DNA of 32,000 nucleotides, taken from contig NC_000964.3 in NCBI RefSeq assembly GCF_000009045.1, forward strand, positions 2,730,001-2,762,000, given 5' to 3'. Made by a program: the position numbers and the translations under genes. Position 1 is the stretch's first letter, and each line of letters starts with the position of its first letter. This document shows positions 19,260-28,042 of the stretch, piece after piece. Below the pieces are notes generated by a model. That model was not told the DNA's origin, did no database searches, and saw only the letters and a program-made list of their open reading frames with translations. This stretch comes from Bacillus subtilis subsp. subtilis str. 168. GTDB lineage: Bacteria > Bacillota > Bacilli > Bacillales > Bacillaceae.

Positions 19260-19523
19260 ATGGCATATGTAAAAGCAACCGCTATTTTACCTGAAAAGCT
19301 GATATCGGAAATTCAAAAGTATGTTCAAGGAAAAACAATATATATCCCTAAACCTGAATCCTCTCATCAAAAATGGGGTGCGTGTTCAGGAACAAGAAAG
19401 CTGATCGATGACAGAAACGCTTCTATTAAAAAAGCATTTAAAAACGGCAAAACCATTCATCAATTATCTGATGAATATCACCTCTCTATTGAAACAATAA
19501 AAAAAATTGTCTACTCTAAATAA
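19260..19523 (+). CDS. yraL: Small CD3324-like helix-turn-helix-type protein
   Basis: 87 aa; IYIPKPESSHQKWGACSGTRKLIDDRNASIKKAFKNGKTIHQLSDEYHLSIETIKKIVYSK. Confidence 0.8.
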   Translation: MAYVKATAILPEKLISEIQKYVQGKTIYIPKPESSHQKWGACSGTRKLIDDRNASIKKAFKNGKTIHQLSDEYHLSIETIKKIVYSK

Positions 19524-19531
19524 ACAAAACG

Positions 19532-19566
19532 GAAGCACTGATAAAAAATAATCAGTGCTTTTTATA
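19532..19566 (+). terminator. Terminator downstream of yraL
   Basis: AAGCACTGAT-aaaaaata-ATCAGTGCTTTTT. Confidence 0.8.
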
Positions 19567-19659
19567 TGGCGAGTTTGTTTCTTAGTTATTTCCTGCATAT
19601 GATACCATTGGCCAATTGTGTAAAGTTAAGGGAGATGAGAAGAAAGGAAGGTCCTACAA

Positions 19660-20475
19660 ATGACGATAAACAATGGAACGTTGCAAGTACCCGGCGCGAA
19701 CATCCACTATCAGGTGCGTGGCTCTGGTCCAATCATTCTTTTGGTCCACGGAGGAGGCGGTGATGCCGACAAGTTCCATCATGTTGCCAATCATCTGGCT
19801 AACTGGTACACGGTTGTTACTTATGATCGCCGCGGCCATTCCCGCAGCAATCTCGCCAATCAGATTGAGGGTTACCGTGTGGAAACACACAGTGACGATG
19901 CTCACCGTCTTCTAGCCAAAATCACCAATAAGCCGGCCTATGTATTTGGAAGCAGCTCCGGGGCTGTTATCGGGCTTGATCTGTGCATACGCCATCCCGA
20001 ACAAGTACATGTCATGATCCCACACGAACCAATCTTATTGCAGCTTCTGCATGGAAATGAGCTGAAACAAGCCGAGCAATTCATGGAAGACCTTAAGAAA
20101 AATCATCGAAGTGAAGTCATTAAATTAATGTCAAGATTAGAGACAGACGAACAATCAAAGGCTGTCCTGACAAAGCGGCTTCTCGGCAATTCAACGTATT
20201 TCACTGAGTATGAAATTCAAGGAATTCTCAGCTATACATTAGATTTCGAAGCATTAAAAACTGTGTTTACATCTTCACCGATGAAGATACTCCCAGCTGG
20301 CGGAAGTGCTTCTCGGGAGCTTTTTCCTTATCGTTGCGCGAACGCCCTAGCGGAACAATTGGAAACAGAATGGGTTGAATTCCCCGGAAATCATACGGGG
20401 TACACAATGTACCATAAAGAATTTTCTGAGAGGTTACACGACATGTTAGAAAAAGAAAAGAAACATACGTGTTAA
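19660..20475 (+). CDS. yraK: Alpha/beta hydrolase
   Basis: 271 aa; ILLVHGGGGDADKFH, YDRRGHSRS, YVFGSSSGAVIGLDL nucleophile elbow. Confidence 0.88.
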   Translation: MTINNGTLQVPGANIHYQVRGSGPIILLVHGGGGDADKFHHVANHLANWYTVVTYDRRGHSRSNLANQIEGYRVETHSDDAHRLLAKITNKPAYVFGSSSGAVIGLDLCIRHPEQVHVMIPHEPILLQLLHGNELKQAEQFMEDLKKNHRSEVIKLMSRLETDEQSKAVLTKRLLGNSTYFTEYEIQGILSYTLDFEALKTVFTSSPMKILPAGGSASRELFPYRCANALAEQLETEWVEFPGNHTGYTMYHKEFSERLHDMLEKEKKHTC

Positions 20476-20799
20476 GGATTGATTAAAATTTTCAAAATAG
20501 GACAGGTGAAACTAACTATGGAATTGGAGAAGATTTCACGAAGCGTAAAAAGAACTTTTCACTAACGAGAACGCAATGTGAGATGTTTAACCAAAGTGAT
20601 ATTAGGGATTTCATCGAAAAATAGGTTTGTACATTACGTTCTCCTATTGATTATTTCCTATCTTAATTCCGTATTTTATACCATTAGATACAACTCTAAA
20701 GCGGCTCGTTATTTTGTCCTCAACAACAACCAGTGTCTAACATCATGAATCTCTTTTGAAAATCACCACAAATGCAGGTATGGAAGACTTCATCGCAGC

Positions 20800-20835
20800 A
20801 AAAACCATACCAACTATTGTTGTTGGTATGGTTCG
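20800..20835 (-). terminator. Terminator of yraJ
   Basis: Minus strand AACCATACCAAC-aacaata-GTTGGTATGGTTTTT; 12-bp perfect stem. Confidence 0.8.
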
Positions 20836-20882
20836 TCCTAGATAGGCCCTTAAGAAGAGATTCTATTGTACGGAGTATTTAG

Positions 20883-21245
20883 CTAATTGCATTTGTAACC
20901 GACAGGGCCGTCTGAACCTGTGTACACATATGTGTCAGACACATATCCAATATTCACGACACCCCGGGAATCTTTCCACTGGATTTGGTCCCAGATATTA
21001 CTCGTTCCATACTTCCCTGTAACAGTCGTTCCATAAGCGTAACAATAATAAGGAACACGGGAGCCACTCGGAATGGAAAGCATAATAGGATAATTTGTAC
21101 CAGGACCGCTGCGCATATTGACAGGCGCACCGCTGCTTGTTGAGACAGTAAAGTACTGAACGGCAAGTGCCTGACTGGAAAAAATGAATAAAGATGCAAT
21201 CATCACGGTTAACATACTCAGCATTTTCAGTTTAGTCAATGTCAT
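20883..21245 (-). CDS. yraJ: Secreted SH3b-like protein
   Basis: 120 aa; signal peptide then YFTVSTSSGAPVNMRSGPGTNYPIMLSIPSGSRVPYYCY. Confidence 0.85.
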   Translation of the reverse strand: MTLTKLKMLSMLTVMIASLFIFSSQALAVQYFTVSTSSGAPVNMRSGPGTNYPIMLSIPSGSRVPYYCYAYGTTVTGKYGTSNIWDQIQWKDSRGVVNIGYVSDTYVYTGSDGPVGYKCN

Positions 21246-21291
21246 CCCTCTTTCTTCAATTCCTTCATTTTAAGAAACGATAGAACATAGG

Positions 21292-21651
21292 CTACCAGCT
21301 GCATTTAGGAACAACCGGACCGTCTGAGCCTGTATACATATATGTATCAGAGACAAATCCAGGAACGATCTCCCCGCTGGCAAGCGTCCGCTCTGTGTAA
21401 TTCCAAATATTGCTCGTTCCATACTTTCCAGTTACAGTTGTACCGGTTTTGTAGCAATAGATCGGGATGCGGGTTCCGCTCGGAATGGTCGTTACAATTC
21501 CCCAACTTGTACCTGGGCCGCTGCGCATGTTGACAGGAGCACCGCTGCTTGTTGAAACCGTATAATACTGAGCCGCAAGTGCATGGCTAGAAAAAATGAA
21601 CACAGATGCAATCATCACCGTTAGCATACTTAGCCTCTTTAACTTATTCAC
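21292..21651 (-). CDS. yraI: Secreted SH3b-like protein, paralog of yraJ
   Basis: 119 aa from GTG at 21651 (VNKLKRLSMLTVMIASVFIFSSHALA...) with RBS AAGGGGAGGG. The longer ORF in the track starts upstream. Confidence 0.85.
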   Translation of the reverse strand: MNKLKRLSMLTVMIASVFIFSSHALAAQYYTVSTSSGAPVNMRSGPGTSWGIVTTIPSGTRIPIYCYKTGTTVTGKYGTSNIWNYTERTLASGEIVPGFVSDTYMYTGSDGPVVPKCSW

Positions 21652-22166
21652 CTTATACCCTCCCCTTATAAATGCCGTACGTTTGACTTTCTTACATCCA
21701 GTTAAGGATTTACTTTCAGATACCATGCCCCCTCCCCTCCCATATATTTATCAATGTACCATAAACTAGATCTTTCAAAAGTGGAATTATTCCTATGTTT
21801 TCGACAATTAAGGATACAAAATAAATGGTAGTCAGGCTTGATATTGATGGTGTGTTACATTTGGCTCTTAATCATTTGTCCAGTCGGTAATCACGATTGA
21901 CAATCAGGAAAAAGGACATGGATCAAGCGGCTTCGTTTCCACCAATTAACTCAATCAGTGTACTGCTTCCTTGTATCCACGCTTCTTCTCGATTCATAGA
22001 TACTCCACCTTTTTCACCAATCAAAAACGGACACCATACAAATCAGCGTAAATGCTGCAAGTTCAGTGTCCGCAACCTATTATGACTTTGCTTTCTTTTA
22101 CCAGGGCGTGTAAAAATGATTAGGTACGTTATCAAACGTTATTCTATGATTTTGCGAGTCAAAAAA

Positions 22167-22553
22167 TCATAACATTTTATATATTTCAATCAGATTATGA
22201 TCTGGATCTCTGAAGTGAGCAACTCGGGCACTCCATTCCTTGCGATCATGCGGTTTATTCTCACATTTAACTCCTTTTTCGTGTAAATCGTCATACGTTT
22301 TATCAACATCTTCTACCTTAAACTGAAGCAAAAATTTTGATTGAGCTTCTCCTTCCAAGGACTTTTTTTCCTCTCCAACGATTTCAGCCATCGTTTCTCG
22401 AGATAAAAGCTCTATTTTCGTTTCCCCATTATCAAAGAGTGCATATTCCATTTCATTCTCTAACCAACTTATTGGAAGTCCTAATGAATCTTTATAAAAC
22501 TCGACGCTTTTCTTAAAATCATTCACCAACAGTCTAATTTGTAACAGCTTCAT
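22167..22553 (-). CDS. yraH: VOC/glyoxalase-family protein
   Basis: 128 aa; RLLVNDFKKSVEFYKDSLGLP...ARVAHFRDPDHNLIEIYK. Confidence 0.92.
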   Translation of the reverse strand: MKLLQIRLLVNDFKKSVEFYKDSLGLPISWLENEMEYALFDNGETKIELLSRETMAEIVGEEKKSLEGEAQSKFLLQFKVEDVDKTYDDLHEKGVKCENKPHDRKEWSARVAHFRDPDHNLIEIYKML

Positions 22554-22801
22554 ATCGAGTGCCTCCTATAAAACCATACTTTTACTGGTCATCCAATTTA
22601 ATGATACCAAAGAAACCTGACAGCACTATGTCAAGTTTCCATACTTCACCCTTATTTCAGATTTAAGTGCAGTTTAGTCCATGTCATAAGAACGAGCAAA
22701 AACAGCGATTCTTAAAACAAAAAATGATACCGAGTGTATTTTCTGTATGCTTCAACTTCATTTCGGGAAATGTAACGTTGATAAAAGGAGGTTACATCAA
22801 T

Positions 22802-23047
22802 ATGGATCATCAAACATTGGCAGCTCATGAGGCTGTTGACTTACATGAAATCGTGAACTTTAAAACACTTTGTATAGCGAAATCAAAGTTAATGCAAGGG
22901 CTTGTGTTTGACCAAGAACTGAAGGACTTGATGGAAAAAGATGTACAGCAATCCATTCAAGACCTTACTGAATTACAAGCGGTTTATGAGCGTGCCTCAT
23001 TTCAGGCCCCTGTCCCTCAAAGCCGCCCAACGCCAATCATCAATTGA
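22802..23047 (+). CDS. yraG: Spore-coat-like small protein
   Basis: 81 aa from ATG at 22802 with AAAGGAGG RBS; MDHQTLAAHEAVDLHEIVNFKTLCIAKSKLMQGLVFDQELKDLME. Confidence 0.85.
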   Translation: MDHQTLAAHEAVDLHEIVNFKTLCIAKSKLMQGLVFDQELKDLMEKDVQQSIQDLTELQAVYERASFQAPVPQSRPTPIIN

Positions 23048-23064
23048 AAGGGAGGTAAGCCTCT

Positions 23065-23433
23065 TTGAATAATGATCATTTAGACCCCATTAATTCGCTG
23101 AATGTGCCTGAACTAGCAGACACTACATTCGCGATGGATTTTCTTATACGAGCTAAGGAAGGCGTAAGGAATACTGCTGTAGCTTTGACAGAAACCGCTT
23201 CACCAGATGTAAGAGCACTGCTTCGGAAACAGCTGATGCAAGGAATTGCGATGCACCAAGAGATTACGGAACTGATGATCAGCAAAAAGTGGTTCCATCC
23301 ATATGAGCTGAGCGAACAGTATAAGCTGGATCAGCTCTCTGCAAAAAACACGATCATGGTCGGCAATATGAACCTCTTTCCTGATGAAACAAATCGCAAA
23401 GGGATGTTTGACCGGACACCTGATGAACACTAA
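23065..23433 (+). CDS. yraF: Spore coat CotF-like protein
   Basis: TTG start after GGGAGG; [64 protein letters not shown]. Confidence 0.88.
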
Positions 23434-23451
23434 CACTGGAGGTTTTACAGC

Positions 23452-24588
23452 ATGAAGGCAGTAACGTATCAAGGCATTAAAAATGTTGTTGTCAAAGATG
23501 TCCCCGATCCAAAGATTGAAAAATCCGATGACATGATTATCAAAGTCACCAGTACAGCCATTTGCGGATCAGATTTACATTTAATCCATGGATTCATTCC
23601 GAATATGCAAGAAGACTATGTCATCGGCCATGAACCGATGGGAATCGTCGAAGAAGTTGGTTCTGGGGTGACTAAACTAAAAAAGGGAGATCGGGTAATT
23701 ATTCCCTTTAATATAGCATGCGGGGAATGCTTTTTTTGTAAAAACCAGCTGGAAAGCCAATGTGATCAGTCTAATGACAATGGGGAAATGGGTGCTTATT
23801 TCGGCTATTCAGGGCAAACTGGCGGTTATCCAGGCGGGCAAGCTGAATATTTAAGAGTGCCGTTTGCGAATTTTACCCATTTTAAAATCCCTGAATCTTG
23901 TGAGGAACCCGATGAGAAATTAAGCGTGATTGCCGATGCCATGACCACCGGCTTTTGGAGTGTGGATAATGCCGGCGTAAAAAAAGGCGATACAGTTATC
24001 GTTCTCGGCTGCGGACCAGTCGGCCTGTTTGCTCAAAAGTTTTGTTGGCTAAAAGGCGCAAAACGCGTCATAGCAGTTGACTATGTAAACTATCGCTTAC
24101 AGCATGCGAAACGTACAAACAAAGTAGAAATCGTTAATTTTGAAGACCATGAGAATACAGGGAATTATTTAAAGGAAATCACGAAAGGCGGAGCGGATGT
24201 AGTCATTGACGCTGTTGGGATGGATGGTAAAATGAGCGATCTCGAGTTCCTTGCCAGCGGCTTAAAGCTTCATGGCGGAACGATGAGTGCATTGGTCATT
24301 GCTTCCCAAGCTGTTCGCAAAGGAGGAACCATACAAATTACAGGTGTGTATGGAGGCAGATATAACGGTTTTCCGTTAGGAGATATTATGCAGCGAAACG
24401 TCAATATACGCTCTGGACAGGCTCCAGTGATCCACTATATGCCGTACATGTTTGAACTAGTATCGACAGGCAAAATTGATCCGGGAGATGTTGTCAGCCA
24501 TGTCCTGCCGCTTAGTGAAGCCAAGCATGGCTATGACATTTTTGATTCAAAAATGGATGATTGTATCAAAGTTGTGTTAAAGCCTTAA
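23452..24588 (+). CDS. adhB: Zinc-dependent alcohol/formaldehyde-type dehydrogenase
   Basis: 378 aa; GSDLHLIHG, GHEPMGIVEEVG, CGECFFCKNQLESQC, VLGCGPVGLFA. Confidence 0.92.
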   Translation: MKAVTYQGIKNVVVKDVPDPKIEKSDDMIIKVTSTAICGSDLHLIHGFIPNMQEDYVIGHEPMGIVEEVGSGVTKLKKGDRVIIPFNIACGECFFCKNQLESQCDQSNDNGEMGAYFGYSGQTGGYPGGQAEYLRVPFANFTHFKIPESCEEPDEKLSVIADAMTTGFWSVDNAGVKKGDTVIVLGCGPVGLFAQKFCWLKGAKRVIAVDYVNYRLQHAKRTNKVEIVNFEDHENTGNYLKEITKGGADVVIDAVGMDGKMSDLEFLASGLKLHGGTMSALVIASQAVRKGGTIQITGVYGGRYNGFPLGDIMQRNVNIRSGQAPVIHYMPYMFELVSTGKIDPGDVVSHVLPLSEAKHGYDIFDSKMDDCIKVVLKP

Positions 24589-24606
24589 AAAACGGAGGTT
24601 ACAGAA

Positions 24607-24804
24607 ATGGAATACGCCTTACACGAAGTGCTTGAGGTTCAGGAAATGACTGCATTTAAGACACTTTGTTTGACGAAATCTAAAACAATGAAAGCACTGG
24701 TATCTGATCCGAAGCTGAAAGAAATCATGCAGCAAGATGTTGATATCACCACACGCCAGTTGCAGGAATTTGCCTCTATTTTATCTAATGCAAAGCAAGA
24801 ATGA
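24607..24804 (+). CDS. yraE: Spore-coat-like small protein, paralog of yraG
   Basis: 65 aa; MEYALHEVLEVQEMTAFKTLCLTKSKTMKALVSDPKLKEIMQQDV; GGAGG RBS. Confidence 0.85.
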   Translation: MEYALHEVLEVQEMTAFKTLCLTKSKTMKALVSDPKLKEIMQQDVDITTRQLQEFASILSNAKQE

Positions 24805-24819
24805 GGAGATGAATAAATC

Positions 24820-25119
24820 ATGAATCCTATCATAGAATATCTGACTGGCATGAATGTTCTAACAGACCAAATCATTGCTATGGACTTATTAATTTCAGCA
24901 AAGAACGGAGTCAGAAATTATGCGATGGCAGCCACTGAAGCCGGAACGCCTGAAGTAAAAGAGGTCCTTATCCGCCATTTGGAAGAAGCACTCGATATGC
25001 ACGAACAACTCTCAAGCTATATGATGGAAAAAGGCTGGTACCATCCTTGGAACCCTGACGAACAAGTCAAGCTGAATTTAAAAAATATTGATACAGCCAT
25101 TCAATTGCCAACCCTTTAA
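24820..25119 (+). CDS. yraD: Spore coat CotF-like protein, paralog of yraF
   Basis: 99 aa; TDQIIAMDLLISAKNGVRNYAMAATEAGTPEVKEVLIRHLEEALDMHEQLSSYMMEKGWYHPW. Confidence 0.87.
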   Translation: MNPIIEYLTGMNVLTDQIIAMDLLISAKNGVRNYAMAATEAGTPEVKEVLIRHLEEALDMHEQLSSYMMEKGWYHPWNPDEQVKLNLKNIDTAIQLPTL

Positions 25120-25319
25120 CATACAATGACTGATTTGCTGAGGAACAGTATTGATTGGCCACAACTGTTCCTCAGCTTCAAAATGAGCACTGTTTGTTCG
25201 GGTCCTATGACCGTAAATAGATTAACCGCTTTTCTCCATCTGATCTCCGATAATGTTTGCAAATTCTCCAATCCAAATAAGGAATCGTAACCACCTCTTT
25301 TTATGCGATCTCTTGATGG

Positions 25320-25360
25320 AGAAAACAGGCCAGAAACAAAATCCTTCGTTTTTGACCTGC
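25320..25360 (-). terminator. Probable terminator of adhR
   Basis: Minus strand CAGGTCAAAAAC-gaaggatttt-GTTTCTGGCCTGTTTTC; stem contains a wobble and a mismatch. Confidence 0.5.
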
Positions 25361-25381
25361 CCTCTTCACACGCAAAGAATG

Positions 25382-25813
25382 CTACCTTCTTTGCTCCACT
25401 GATCCGTGAAGACTTTCCGTTTTAGGCCTGCTTTTGAGCTTTGCCTCATTTTCACGCAATTTCCCATCATAATCTTTAATTTTTGTGTCTAATCTCTTAA
25501 TTGTTTCATCAATTTCTTTCCGCTTCTCTATCAGCCGCTGTCGTTCGTCAGCCAGGATATTTTTTCGAGCTTCTACCGTACGGTCACCTTCGGTAAATAA
25601 TGTTGTATATTCAATTAGCGCTTCTATCGATAGTCCCGCATTTCGCATGCATTTAATGAATTCAATCCATTTGATATCTTCTTCATCATAGTCGCGAATG
25701 CCGCTGTCTTTTCGTTTTACAGGCGGGATTAATCCTACACGTTCGTAATATCGGAGTGTTGCGGCTGTCAGGCCAAACTGCTTTGCCACCTGAGCAATAT
25801 TCATGATCTTCAC
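25382..25813 (-). CDS. adhR: MerR-family transcriptional regulator
   Basis: 143 aa; MNIAQVAKQFGLTAATLRYYERVGLIPPVKRKDSGIRDYDEEDIKWIEFIKCMRNAGLSIEALIEY. Confidence 0.92.
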   Translation of the reverse strand: MKIMNIAQVAKQFGLTAATLRYYERVGLIPPVKRKDSGIRDYDEEDIKWIEFIKCMRNAGLSIEALIEYTTLFTEGDRTVEARKNILADERQRLIEKRKEIDETIKRLDTKIKDYDGKLRENEAKLKSRPKTESLHGSVEQRR

Positions 25814-25843
25814 CTCTCTATCCTGTATGTTGTGAAGGTAACA

Positions 25844-25861
25844 CTTAAAGTTAACTTTAAG
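25844..25861. promoter_or_regulatory. AdhR-type operator upstream of adhR
   Basis: Perfect palindrome CTTAAAG-TTAA-CTTTAAG, located between TTGACT and GTTACC on the minus strand. Confidence 0.8.
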
Positions 25862-25918
25862 TCAAGCTCAAAACAAGTGGTTAGCTGCTGAATCTGGGTT
25901 TATATATTCGGGACTTGC

Positions 25919-25936
25919 CTTAAAGCACACTTTAAA
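25919..25936. promoter_or_regulatory. AdhR-type operator upstream of yraC
   Basis: CTTAAAG-CACA-CTTTAAA following TTG (TTGCCTTAAAGCACACTTTAAAC-TCTATA). Confidence 0.7.
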
Positions 25937-25986
25937 CTCTATACTTCTCCATGCACTAAAAACAGTGTAGTTGGAGGGATTGCTGA

Positions 25987-26181
25987 ATGGCAAATAAACA
26001 CACTGCCGGAAGAGAACAATTAGGAGAATTTGCGCCAAAGTTTGCTGAACTTCATGATGATGTTCTATTCGGTGACATTTGGGCAAGAGAAGAAGAACTT
26101 TCATCCCGGGATCGCAGCATGATTACAGTTTCTGCATTAATTACTGACTGTTTCTCAGCTTATAAATCAGGTTCATTTTAA
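25987..26181 (+). CDS. yraC: Short carboxymuconolactone-decarboxylase-like protein, apparently truncated
   Basis: 64 aa; GEFAPKFAELHDDVLFGDIWAREEELSSRDRSMITVSALITDCFSAYKSGSF. Normal family members continue well beyond this point. Confidence 0.7.
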   Translation: MANKHTAGREQLGEFAPKFAELHDDVLFGDIWAREEELSSRDRSMITVSALITDCFSAYKSGSF

Positions 26182-26205
26182 ATGGTTTTTTTAAAAAACC
26201 CTTGC

Positions 26206-26223
26206 CTTAAAGCAGACTTTAAG
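26206..26223. promoter_or_regulatory. AdhR-type operator upstream of adhA
   Basis: CTTAAAG-CAGA-CTTTAAG in the context TTGCCTTAAAGCAGACTTTAAGG-TTTATC. Confidence 0.8.
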
Positions 26224-26311
26224 GTTTATCGTTATGTTGAAGACACCATAAAACATAAATAAGTGCATGTTTTTATTTACAACACTTATGATGAAGAAAG
26301 GATAGGTTCGT

Positions 26312-27361
26312 ATGTGTAATCAACATCAAACCCGTGTATTAAGCGTGTCACATGCAAAAGCCAAATTTGAACAAACGACGATTGAGCGAAGAGGATTACG
26401 GCCGCACGATGTCTTAATCGATATTAAATTCAGCGGCATTTGCCATTCAGACATTCATAGCGCTTTTGATGAATGGGGCGGTGGCATCTTCCCAATGGTG
26501 CCTGGACATGAAATAGCCGGTGTTGTAACAGCCGTTGGAACAAAAGTCACCAAGTTGGCTGTCGGGGACCGCGTTGGTGTCGGCTGTTTTGTTGACTCTT
26601 GCGGAGAATGCGAATACTGTCTCAACGCAGAGGAACAATTCTGCACGAAGGGTGTTGTTCAAACGTATAACTCAGTAGACTACGACGGAAACCCCACTTA
26701 TGGCGGGTACAGCCAAAAAATCGTTGTCACTGACAGATTTGTTGTTCGCATACCAGATCGTTTGGAAATGGATGTTGCCAGTCCGCTGTTGTGTGCAGGT
26801 ATCACAACGTATTCCCCGCTGAAACACTGGAATGTTGGCCCTGGTAAAAAGGTTGCGATTGTAGGCGTAGGTGGCCTTGGACATTTGGCAATTCAATTTG
26901 CACATGCGATGGGTGCAGAAGTAACCGTCCTGAGCCGTTCCATGAATAAGAAAGAGGAAGCTCTGGAACTCGGTGCAAATCATTACTTTGCAACAAGTGA
27001 CCCAGCCACATTCACTGCATTGGCCGGGCGTTTTGACGTGATCTTAAATACGGTATCGGCAAATCTCGATGTAGATGCCTATTTATCAATGCTTCGTATA
27101 GACGGGACACTTGTAAGCGTTGGAGCTCCTGCCAAGCCGGACACATACAGTGTGTTTTCCCTAATCATGGGGCGCCGCAGCATTGCAGGTTCTCTAGTCG
27201 GCGGAATTCAAGAAACTCAAGAGATGCTGGATTTCGCAGCTGAGCATGGCATCGAACCTAAAATCGAAGTCATCGGAGCTGACCAAGTGGACGAGGCATA
27301 CGAACGTATCCTCCGAAGCGATGTCCGTTATCGATTTGTGATTGATATTTCCACATTGTAA
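26312..27361 (+). CDS. adhA: Zinc-dependent NADP-type alcohol dehydrogenase
   Basis: 349 aa; [58 protein letters not shown]. Confidence 0.93.
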   Translation: MCNQHQTRVLSVSHAKAKFEQTTIERRGLRPHDVLIDIKFSGICHSDIHSAFDEWGGGIFPMVPGHEIAGVVTAVGTKVTKLAVGDRVGVGCFVDSCGECEYCLNAEEQFCTKGVVQTYNSVDYDGNPTYGGYSQKIVVTDRFVVRIPDRLEMDVASPLLCAGITTYSPLKHWNVGPGKKVAIVGVGGLGHLAIQFAHAMGAEVTVLSRSMNKKEEALELGANHYFATSDPATFTALAGRFDVILNTVSANLDVDAYLSMLRIDGTLVSVGAPAKPDTYSVFSLIMGRRSIAGSLVGGIQETQEMLDFAAEHGIEPKIEVIGADQVDEAYERILRSDVRYRFVIDISTL

Positions 27362-27491
27362 TAGGTTAGTCCTTATATGGGCTGCCGCTTTTATTGAAAC
27401 TCACGAAAAATGATCTCTTTAAGCAAATATTTTGAAGGCCGGTCAATCTTCCTGTTATTCTATGAATAGAGAGTTATTAGGAGGGTTTTTT

Positions 27492-28001
27492 ATGAGCAAA
27501 AAAATTGCAGTTCTTGTTACAGACCAATTCGAAGACATCGAATATACAAGTCCGGTAAAAGCATACGAAGAAGCTGGCTACAGTGTTGTGGCTATCGATT
27601 TGGAAGCCGGCAAAGAAGTTACCGGTAAGCATGGCGAGAAAGTAAAGATTGACAAAGCCATCTCTGATGTGGATGCAAGTGACTTTGATGCACTTTTAAT
27701 TCCTGGGGGATTCTCTCCGGATTTGCTTCGTGCAGATGACCGTCCGGGTGAATTCGCAAAAGCATTTGTCGAAAACAAAAAACCTGTTTTCGCAATTTGC
27801 CACGGCCCGCAAGTACTGATTGATACGGATCTTCTAAAAGGCAAAGATATCACAGGCTACCGCAGCATCCGCAAAGATTTAATCAATGCCGGTGCAAACT
27901 ACAAAGATGCAGAAGTAGTCGTCAGCCACAACATTGTCACAAGCAGAACACCTGATGATTTGGAAGCATTTAACCGCGAATCTTTAAACTTGTTAAAATA
28001 A
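27492..28001 (+). CDS. yraA: DJ-1/PfpI family protein
   Basis: 169 aa from ATG at 27492; MSKKIAVLVTDQFEDIEYTSPVKAYEEAG, PVFAICHGPQVLID nucleophile elbow. TTAGGAGGG RBS. Confidence 0.92.
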   Translation: MSKKIAVLVTDQFEDIEYTSPVKAYEEAGYSVVAIDLEAGKEVTGKHGEKVKIDKAISDVDASDFDALLIPGGFSPDLLRADDRPGEFAKAFVENKKPVFAICHGPQVLIDTDLLKGKDITGYRSIRKDLINAGANYKDAEVVVSHNIVTSRTPDDLEAFNRESLNLLK

Positions 28002-28004
28002 CAA

Positions 28005-28038
28005 GAAGGCACAGACTGTTCGGGTCTGTGCCTTTTTT
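28005..28038. terminator. Terminator between convergent yraA and sacC
   Basis: AAGGCACAGAC-tgttcgg-GTCTGTGCCTTTTTT. Confidence 0.8.
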
Positions 28039-28042
28039 AAAA

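Noticed and set aside
20800-20835. Long inverted repeat considered as a mobile element end or regulatory palindrome
   Set aside because: The T-tract on the minus strand immediately downstream of yraJ makes an ordinary terminator the simplest explanation.
26447-27011. Several antisense ORFs within adhA
   Set aside because: Shadow ORFs of a highly conserved dehydrogenase gene.
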